Of a stretch of 64,000 bases of DNA, positions 55,370-64,000 are shown piece after piece. This stretch comes from Octopus vulgaris. Lineage: Eukaryota. How positions within the stretch are numbered: the first letter of the stretch is position 1; each line of letters starts with the position of its first letter. The stretch is taken from assembly GCA_951406725.2 (NCBI GenBank), contig OX597820.1, positions 21,700,001 through 21,764,000 of the forward strand, in the 5' to 3' direction. The notes beneath the pieces were generated by a model. It was not told the origin of the DNA. It did not search any database and saw only the letters and a list, made by a program, of their open reading frames with translations. Made by a program: the position numbers and the translations under genes.

Positions 55370-56160
55370 TTGGCTTCAAATTTTGCCACAAGGTAAGCAA
55401 TTTCAGGAAGGTGTTAAGTCGAGTACATCGACTCCAGTGCTCAATTGGGACTTATTTTATCGACTCTGAAGAGATGAAAGGCAAAGTCGACCCTGGTGGC
55501 ATTTGAACTTAAAATGTAAAGTCAGAAGAAATACCGCTAAGCATTCTCTCCGGCGCGGTAACTGCCCACAATTAGGGTTACGAGTAACACAGAGAGGACA
55601 AACAAGGACAGACACACGGATTAAGTCGATTATATCAACCCCAGTGCATAACTGGTACTTATTTTATCGACCCCGTATGCATGAAAGGCAAAGTCGACCT
55701 CAACGGAATCTGAACTCAGAACGTAACGGAAGACGAAATACCTATTTCTTTACTACCCACAAGGGGCTAAACACAGAGGGGACAAACAAGGACAGACAAA
55801 CGGATTAAGTCGATTATATCGACCCCGGTGCGTAACTAGTACTTATCTAATCGGCCCCGAAAGGATGAAAGGCAAAGTCAACCTCGGCGGAATTTGAACT
55901 CAGAACGTAACGACAGACGAAATACCTATTTCTTTTATTACCCACAAGGGACTAAACACAGAGGGGACAAACAAGGACAGACATAGGTATTAAGTCGATT
56001 ACATCGACCCCAGTGCGTAACTGGTACTTAATTTATCGACCCCGAAAGGATGAAAGGCAAAGTCGACCTCGGCGGAATTTGAACTCACAACGTAACGACA
56101 GACGAAATACCGCTAGGCCTTTCTTCCGACGTGCCAACGTATCTGCCAGCTCGCTGCCTT
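55370..56160 (-). mobile_element. SINE group C tandem concatemer (~4 units)
   Basis: ~183-bp period with junction gacgaaatacctatttcttt; head at ~56160. Confidence 0.88.
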
Positions 56161-56265
56161 CAACTGATTCGGTAAAGCAATTGACAGTGGTAGAAGGTGA
56201 TATTCGCATGAAGTAATATCAGAAAAATACGGAAAACACGCAAACTTATCATGTCAATCAGTTAA

Positions 56266-56654
56266 TCTCTCTATATATAAAGCTGAAGTTGTCTGTGTAT
56301 GGCAGGTTCGGTAGCCTTCAACTAACACTATCTCCTCGAAGACCCTGCGGTGCAAGTTGACCAAAATTGAGAGTATGATAGAAGGCTTGCTCTTCATTCC
56401 GTAGTAGAAAAAATTCAAAACGGACCATGTTAACATCAAAAGTTATTTACATCAACAGGGTGCTTTTTCTCTATGAAAATCCCTATTTTTTCGATTTTTT
56501 GACTGCTGTGTCGCCATTTTCCGTTGTATTTCAACCAGAAAAAATGTTCACTTAAAGAGAATAACAAGCTATATAATGCAAAATTTTTACTTTTCAAAAA
56601 TTACAATTCTAAAGGGTCGAAACAAACCCGAGCAACGCCGGGCGATACTGCTAG
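56266..56654 (+). mobile_element. Non-autonomous Helitron (~390 bp)
   Basis: A|TCtctctatatataaagctg ... cccgagcaacgccgggcgatactgCTAG|T. Confidence 0.88.
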
Positions 56655-57106
56655 TTAATTATAAATTCATGAAGCTGGGGGAGCTTTTAAGATTCGATCA
56701 AGCATGGGATAAAGTGTCTTATGGTGTTATTTAGGTTATGATTCTCATTACATTCTAAATCCAAATCCTGCTGAGGATGACTTGATCTTTCAGATTTCTG
56801 GAGGTCGATAATATAAGTACAAAATCAACTTTACCAATCTACAAAAGATTCTGGCGTTTTGCCTAGATTAGACACCAACACTGTTGACTGGAAACCACAT
56901 GTGTTTTTAGAGACGTAGCTGAAACAGAAATGTTTAGTAGAATTTAATGTTTACATTGACCATTAATGTTGTAACATGCACTGTAGTATATATAGCATTT
57001 TTTTATTTATCACTCATATATACAGAGGGGGAGAGGGAAGAGAGAAGGATAGAAAGAGAGAGAAACATATGGTGGGATCTTCGTTGGTGTTGACGATGAG
57101 CATTTA

Positions 57107-57472
57107 TCTCTCTATATATAAACGGCAGTTTGTCTGTCTGTGTGTCTGTGTTCCTATATATATATCAATATTATATATACTTATATATATATATATATAT
57201 TATATATAGCGAAAATTTTGTAAAGTTCCCCCAGTTTTGAAACAAATCGATAAATTCGACATGGGGTCCAGAATCTAAGCTTTTTATATGCAACACATTT
57301 TCTGTCGGGAGACAGCTAGGAACATCGTATACATAGAAGTGTTCGAGTGAAGAGAAGACGTTGCAACCTACACATGCGCCTTCGTTCCCTAGAGGGAAAG
57401 AACTAGATTGGGATTAGTCGTTGCCTACTAGGGGCTCTTACATACCCGGGCAACGCCGGGCTATGCTGCTAG
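57107..57472 (+). mobile_element. Non-autonomous Helitron, second family
   Basis: A|TCtctctatatataaacggcag ... cccgggcaacgccgggctatgctgCTAG|T. Confidence 0.8.
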
Positions 57473-57532
57473 TACGGAATAAAAACTAATACCAAATCTA
57501 TCTTCTCTTTCCTAAATCGAATATATATATAC

Positions 57533-57563
<31 letters not shown>

Positions 57564-57597
57564 TGTATGTATGTATGTATGTATGTATATATATATG

Positions 57598-57643
<46 letters not shown>

Positions 57644-57658
57644 CATACATATATATAT

Positions 57659-57689
<31 letters not shown>

Positions 57690-57901
57690 CACATATATAT
57701 ATATATACTCTATATATATATATCGTAACATATAAATGCCAAGAAAGTGTGGCATCCTATACAGGACAGTGCTACTAACACGTTTATAGCCCAAGGAAGC
57801 CATCTCCTCCAATTGGCTAACAACACACCTACTGTGTCCATTTAGTATTTGCGAGGAGAAGTCAACGCTCCCATCTCTAGCCTTACGTGATACACACGGA
57901 C

Positions 57902-57967
<66 letters not shown>

Positions 57968-58053
57968 CACTTCAAATTTACAGAAGACAAAAAAGACAGG
58001 TGAGGGAACAAAAAGCAGGTCTATTAGTCTAACGCTGAAGAAGAACGGAGATG

Positions 58054-58090
58054 TTTTTGACGTTTCGAGCCTACGCTCCTCGTCAGAAAG
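58054..58090 (-). ncRNA. Compact minimal hammerhead ribozyme motif in PLE-like fragment (~57965-58175)
   Basis: Revcomp cttt-CTGACGA-g-gagc(gtag)gctc-GAAA-c-GTC-aaaa: full core, stem II hairpin and GUC cleavage triplet. Confidence 0.75.
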
Positions 58091-58202
58091 TGTTGAGAGG
58101 AAAGAATGGATAGAGAACGAAAAATAAACCAAAGTGAAAAAAAAAACGTGTAGGGATTAACGGTTCAACATGATGAATTATATATATATATATATATATA
58201 TC

Positions 58203-58493
58203 ATCAAAATAAGCAGCAAGGATATCCAAGGTAGTGCAGTACAATCGTTTCATGCTACTTCATTTTACTAAACACTGTAAGTATTACATCAGTTTTAAAA
58301 TGTCGAGCAATCTTCAGCTACATATAGAATTTTTTAATTAAAATGTACATTGTCCATTTAATTAAAAAATTCTATACGTGGTTGAAGATTCGACATTTTA
58401 AAACTGATGTAATACTTACAGTGTTTAGTAAAATGAAGTAGCATGAAACGATTGTACTACACTTCCTTGGATATCCTTGTTGCTTATTTTGAT
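58203..58493. mobile_element. ~290-bp palindrome with hammerhead motif (PLE-like)
   Basis: Arms are reverse complements. Minus 58236-58321 reads gtag-CTGAAGA-ttgct...agcat-GAAA-cgatt-GTA-ctgc; the other arm has a TTGAAGA core. Confidence 0.75.
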
Positions 58494-58590
58494 TATAATC
58501 ACCCCATTTGATTTATAAGGATAATACCATACAAAATTCTGGTGCCTTTAACTTAAGTACTATATACATCTGAATCTAAATTTTGCTGAA

Positions 58591-58660
<70 letters not shown>

Positions 58661-58804
58661 AACTTAATTTTGGTCTGTTTAGAATCCTAACAATACTATC
58701 TCATGTTCCTGAAATTTATTTCTACATCTTTATCTGTATATTTACCTTCTTTAGGATGTTACTAATTGATTTGAGAATTTTATATTATTGGAAAACCTAT
58801 ATGA

Positions 58805-58895
58805 AATTAGCTGAAGATTACTTGACATATTATATCTGCTGTAATATTTACAGCTTTTAATAAAATGTTATAGTATGAAACTATTGTACTAAATT
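58805..58895 (+). ncRNA. Hammerhead motif in diverged relative of the 58.2-kb element
   Basis: ttag-CTGAAGA(58811-58817)-ttact...agtat-GAAA(58877-58880)-ctatt-GTA-ctaa. Confidence 0.6.
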
Positions 58896-59168
58896 ACCGG
58901 ATCCATTCTTATTGCTTATTTTTTATTATAATCAGCCCGCATATTTTTATGGGTAATACCATAAAAATTCTGGTGCATCTAAATCAAGTGCCATATTCAT
59001 TTGAATCTAAATTGTTTGCTGAACATATATATATATACACAGTTAGGTTGATTCACCAAAAAGCGACAAATTACAGGACTCAATGCGTAAGTGTAGAGTA
59101 CCCATTAATACATTATTATAACTAAAAGCTCATAATTACAGCAACTCCGGTATTGTTTTTTGTGTATA

Positions 59169-59206
<38 letters not shown>

Positions 59207-59751
59207 GAGATATAATTAGTATCATTAAAGCTATTTCATGTATTTATTAAACTCGGCTGCACGATTACAGTTACATAATGCATTGTAATAAAACACGTAA
59301 ATGTTACCGGAGGTTCATCGTTATAGGGTTATGCAGCTATTTGCTTAAAACATTTATAACAGCCATAAAAATAAAAAGCTCGATAAGCTATTTGCTAAGA
59401 AATATTTATTGTAGTTGTAAACATGGCTTAAGAATGTTACAAAACTTCGTGTTAATGTCCCTTCAGCATTCCATTTTCCTTGTAAATTAATGATTGCCTC
59501 AGCTAACCTATACAATTAGAACATCTTAATTGTTTCCAGAATTAAGAGGCTATTTAAAGGCGGCGAAGTGACAGAGTCACTAACGCAACGAACAAATGCT
59601 TACTGGCATTTCTTCCAGCTCTATGCGCTCCGCGTTGAAATGCTGCTGATGGTGACATCGCCTTTCATCCTTTTGTGGAGTTGGTGTAATCAAATTACCC
59701 ACTTACCTAAAATTTCTGGTCCAACTCCTGACAGATAACATTTCATTTTAT

Positions 59752-59931
59752 AGGCGTAGGAGTGGCTGTGTGGTAAGTAGCTTGTTTACCAGCCACATAT
59801 GGTTTACCAACCACATGGTTCCGGGTTCAGTCCCACTGCGTGGCACCTTGGGCAAGTGTTTTCTGTTATAGCCTCGGGCCGACCAAAGCCTTGTGAGTGG
59901 ATTTGGTAGACAGAAACTGAAAGAAGTCCGT

Positions 59932-59980
<49 letters not shown>

Positions 59981-60225
59981 TTATGTATGTATGTATGTAT
60001 GTATGTATGTTTGTGTGTCTGTGTTTGTCCCCCCCCCCCCCAGCATCGCTTGACAACCGATGCTGGTGTGTTTACGTCCCCGTAACTTAGCGGTTCGGCA
60101 AAAGGAGACCGATAGAATAAGTACTAGGCTTACAAAGAATAAGTCCTGGAGTCGATGTGCTCGACTAAAGGCTGTGCTCCAGCATGGCCACAGTCAAATG
60201 ACTGAAACAAGTAAAAGAGTAAAAG
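59752..60225 (+). mobile_element. SINE group A, full length
   Basis: Family match with a small duplication in the head. Confidence 0.9.
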
Positions 60226-60346
60226 AATACCAAAATTTCAAACCATCATTGTCGGCTTATTTCGTTCCTTAATAGGTGTAGTGAATGGGACAGTGCTCAT
60301 GGTAGTAAGGCAGGTGTGATTGACACTATTAATGCTCTTCTTGATG

Positions 60347-60580
60347 AAGGCGGCGAGCAGGCAGAAACGTTAGCACGCCGGGCGAAATGCTTAGCGGTAT
60401 TTCGTCTGTCGTTACGTTCTGAGTTCAAATTCCGCCGAGGTCGACTTTGCATTTCATCCTTTAGGGGTCGATAAATTAAGTACCAGATACACACTGGGGT
60501 CGATGTAATCGACTTAATCCGTTTATCTGTCCTTGTTTGTCCCCTCTATGTTTAGCCCCTTGTGGGCAGTAAAGAAATAT
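60347..60580 (+). mobile_element. SINE group C monomer
   Basis: aaggcggcgagcaggcagaaacgttagcacg...gagttcaaattcc...gtaaagaaata. Confidence 0.88.
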
Positions 60581-60584
60581 ATTA

Positions 60585-60780
60585 AGGCTCCTCTTGAACC
60601 AATGCAAATCAACATTTATGAGAAAGATACGACTAGGGAGAGAGGAGTTCCAGAGAGATGGTGTTCTGAGAAAGGAAATACTTAGTGAGGTGATTAGTAT
60701 GGGATCTGGTGGAGGTGGACACAACAAAGGTGCTGGAAGGAAGAGGCACGTGTAGATCGGGACTGAGAAGCAGAGACCAT
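60585..60780 (-). mobile_element. CR1/L2-like LINE C-terminal remnant
   Basis: Reads SFLRTPSLWNSSLPSRIFLINVDLHWFKRSLN (SFFxR...LWNxLP...FK motif). Confidence 0.6.
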
Positions 60781-60904
60781 CGTAACATCGTTATCTTTTA
60801 CTTGTTCAGTCATTACGTTGCGGTCAACGGGTTTAATCGAACTGACCACGGTACTCTTTTGAATATCCGGTATTTATTCCATCGCTCTCTTTTGCCGAAC
60901 GGTT

Positions 60905-61142
60905 GTTTTATGGCCAAATCACCATCGTAACACGTTTTGAGAGTCCAAATTCCATCTTAATATCATTGGAGAAAATCCGCACAGACTGGACTAGGCTGTC
61001 CAGTTCTGCCTCACTTTTGTGAACAACTTCAAATCGTCCATGAATAGCAAGTGGTTCAGTTTTCTCTTATCTCTTCCAAGGTTATACCCCAACTTTGTTT
61101 TCTGTAGTATTTCACTCAACGGAATCATTCCCAGCACAAATG
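60905..61142 (-). mobile_element. R4/Dong-like reverse transcriptase fragment
   Basis: Reads FVLGMIPLSEILQKTKLGYNLGRDKRKLNHLLFMDDLKL, then after a frameshift SEAELDSLVQSVRIFSNDIKMEFGLSK; catalytic FMDD motif. Confidence 0.8.
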
Positions 61143-61189
61143 TCAATGGAGACATCATCATCATCGTTATTATTATTATTATTATTATT

Positions 61190-61597
61190 CACTAGTTTTA
61201 TTTTTACAACGGGCTTTCACTTCACTGCCTATCGCAGCTCTGTATTCCTTGGGTATGTACTGTGGTTTGTTGTGATGCTCTTATGGTTACTGTATTGAAA
61301 GTGTTTTACGTAGGATGTGTGCAGGGCCCAGTAGTGCAATTTTCTGTATGTTATATATGTTATATTTGTAAGTCCTGGTGTTTTGTTATGCATTTGAATA
61401 TTTTTGTTATCATGCCTAATGCGCTCACTATGATAGGAATTGTTTCTGTTTCTGGATTCTACATTCGAGTTAGCTCTATTTCCAGGTCTTTGTATTCTGA
61501 AAGTTTCTCCATTTCTTTTAGAAGAAACGTTGTCATCTGCTGGTATTGATACATCTATTAGAAAGCATTTTTCTTATTAATGATCTCTGACAACTAA
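61190..61597 (-). mobile_element. R4/Dong-type RLE endonuclease and 3' end in (TAA)n
   Basis: Reads CFLIDVSIPADDNVS..KEMEKLSEYKDLEIE...IPIIVSALG...IQKIALLGPAHILRK. Same family as 3919-4128. Confidence 0.8.
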
Positions 61598-61680
<83 letters not shown>

Positions 61681-62049
61681 TATATTTTTAAAAAGATCGC
61701 CATTCGATTGTAAGATATTTTATTAGTTGAACGATATTTCAACAGTACGCCTGTCTTTGTCAAGTTCAAAATAAGAAGTGATAAAAATTCAAAATTACAG
61801 AAATTTAAACGTAAAGTATGAACGAGAGCAACCAGTGTCCACGCGTTGATGGAATGACATCATCAGTTTTTAAGTTACAATTTTATAACAGACGAGAAGA
61901 AAAAAAGACAGAAAAAAAAACAGAAAAAGAAGACGACAGAAAAAAGGAAAGAAAAAGAGAGAAAGAAGAATATTTAATCAAACAGCTTTGTATAAAGTTG
62001 ATGATATTCTCCTGTCATCTTATTCATTCCTCCAGGGCGTGGTGTTAAT

Positions 62050-62650
62050 AACCCGCAAATATAATTCTCCTCATACATTCTGAGAAGTAAAAGCGAAGCA
62101 GATACAGAATATTTTTCTGAAAATATCCACTTTCAAGTTTTCTTCAAAATTGCAGCCGCTTGAAACGAAATGTTCAGCAAGTTCTGTCGAACTACTGTTA
62201 TTGTGCCTGACGTCGAATCTGTGCCCATTAAACCTTTTGTTTAATTGTTCCGTTGTGCAACTAACATAAATTAAGTTGTGTTTTGTGCATTCTGCAGCGT
62301 ACACCAAATGGGAGTCTTTAGATGTTCCATGTTGTGTATAAATCATAACATTTCTTTTATGATTTCTGATGGAATTCACTTCACTCATGTTGTTGCAGAA
62401 TGAACAGAGCTTTTATACAATGTATAATTTGTTTCTTTCTGTCTCTTGCGGCTGTTCTTTAAAGTACAGCGTGCAGATACTCCAATGTTCGTTTTCTGGG
62501 AGTCAGATATAGAGGTCAATAATTCTCTTATATTCTTATTCCGTCTAAAGGCTACAATATGCGGCTGAAGAAATATCTGTTTGAATATCTCTAATCACGT
62601 TCCTGTAGATTGGTGAACAGTTCGGAGATGACTCGTACTTTTCCTCATCA
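62050..62650 (-). mobile_element. Penelope-like element remnant: RT-EN linker and GIY-YIG endonuclease
   Basis: Reads EIFKQIFLQPHIVAFRRNKNIRELL (~62590-62515), then LCSFC, then LVYAAECTKHNLIYVSCTTEQLNKRFNGH...ELAEHF (ORF 62071-62388). Confidence 0.8.
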
Positions 62651-62929
62651 GTGCAATTCGGGCTCTATGGGGTTTCTTGATTCGCCATAAGAGGATTGTT
62701 TCATCCATATTTTTTTATACAATGTATAATTTGTTTCTTTCTGTCTTTTTTCTCTCTTTCTTCCCATCATATTTTTATGTAACCACACACACAAACAAAC
62801 AAGCACACACACACACACATACACACACATATACATGCGCGCATGCGCACACAACACGTGCAAAAAATGTAAACTGTCCTTCTAAAGTATTCCCTCATCT
62901 GATGTCCTTGCAGCAAATAAGAACATTCA

Positions 62930-62972
62930 ACATAATCATCACCACCACTACCACCACCCACATCATCATCAT

Positions 62973-63052
<80 letters not shown>

Positions 63053-63130
63053 TTATCACCACCATCATCATCGTTGTTGCTATTAATGTTGTTCTTATTG
63101 TTATGACTATTATTATTGTTACTATTTCCT
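62930..63130. repeat. (CAT)n/(CAC)n degenerate microsatellite
   Basis: Direct reading. Confidence 0.9.
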
Positions 63131-63239
63131 GTGTTATCATCACTGCCTACAACATTTTTATCTATTGCCTCTTAAATTGTGCAATAATTTCTCTTTAGCC
63201 ATACCTCTTAAGATATTAATACATGCGCTTCCTAGAGAG

Positions 63240-64000
63240 TGAAAGAAACAAGGAATTAAAAACTAACAAAAACAAATTATAAATACCAAAATATTTCCAG
63301 CTGTTCAGCAATGAAGCATTTAAATGCATGTCTGGCACCATTCAAACGGTCTTCGGATATCTGACGCAACTAATAAACAGAAATTTTACTGATGGCTAAA
63401 TTATTTTCGTTGTAAAAGTTATAGGAAGGTAACATTTGCTCAAAGATAAGTATAAACAGATGCACAATTGTGCGGGAATGAAAGTGATGTTAGCTTCATA
63501 GAATAAATCCTCTCGACAACTTACAAACTCCGCCATTAAATCTTGCCCCCAAATACTATAAATTTCAATAGTACAATCACTGAAAATTAATCAAACAATA
63601 TTTGTCTATGTTAGTCTACGAAACTAATCGTATACTACATTACTGTTACTGAATAGCTAGGCCTTGTTCAAATTTTGAATAATTATCTTATTCAGTAAAT
63701 TACCTGCACTTTGCAACTACTATTTTTGCTATTCCGTTTTATATCAGACTCAGCTTCGGAATTTTACAAATGGTTCTTAAGATCTCTTTGTTTGGTCTTT
63801 TCAATATTTAACCTTGGTAGTTTATGTTCAACAATTTTGTTTTCCAAAAGCTTCATGAAACAGGCAGCTTTTGTAGACGTGTATTTTTTTTTTCTGATTA
63901 ACGAAGAGCGAAAAGTTCTCACATATATTCCAGGTCCATTCATCTGCACACATTGAGACATTGTTTGTCATTTTCTCAGAAACATACTAATTTATGTGCA
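63240..64000 (-). mobile_element. Possible decayed PLE N-terminal ORF region
   Basis: Lys-rich broken frames (KLLENKIVEHKLPRLNIEK; CLINFSD...AEFV) upstream of and on the same strand as the GIY-YIG remnant. Confidence 0.3.

Noticed and set aside
62835-62850. Second NRF1-like GCGCATGCGC
   Set aside because: Embedded in a (CA)n/(CG)n microsatellite; likely chance.

Overview
AT-rich animal genomic DNA with no recognisable intact protein-coding gene. The repeat landscape suggests a coleoid cephalopod, probably Octopus (inference). Nearly all ORF-track entries are translated microsatellites or SINEs. The window is a mosaic of three tRNA-headed SINE groups, four TC...CTAG non-autonomous Helitrons, decayed mariner and maT transposons, R4/Dong LINE 3' ends sitting in (TAA)n, CR1/L2-like and RTE fragments, and Penelope-like (PLE) remnants including a GIY-YIG endonuclease fragment. 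It also holds a near-full-length U6 snRNA copy (minus, 40560-40663) and a ~6.7 kb near-identical duplication across a 100-N gap, probably uncollapsed haplotypes. The most notable signal is a set of sequence-unrelated minimal hammerhead-ribozyme motifs (CTGANGA...GAAA...NTH) in short non-coding elements within (TA)n/(AAT)n tracts, several forming long fold-back palindromes. Other highlights are a U6-SINE fusion, SINE concatemers with a recurrent palindromic junction, and a 138-bp hairpin whose six transitions are all G.U-compatible on one strand.
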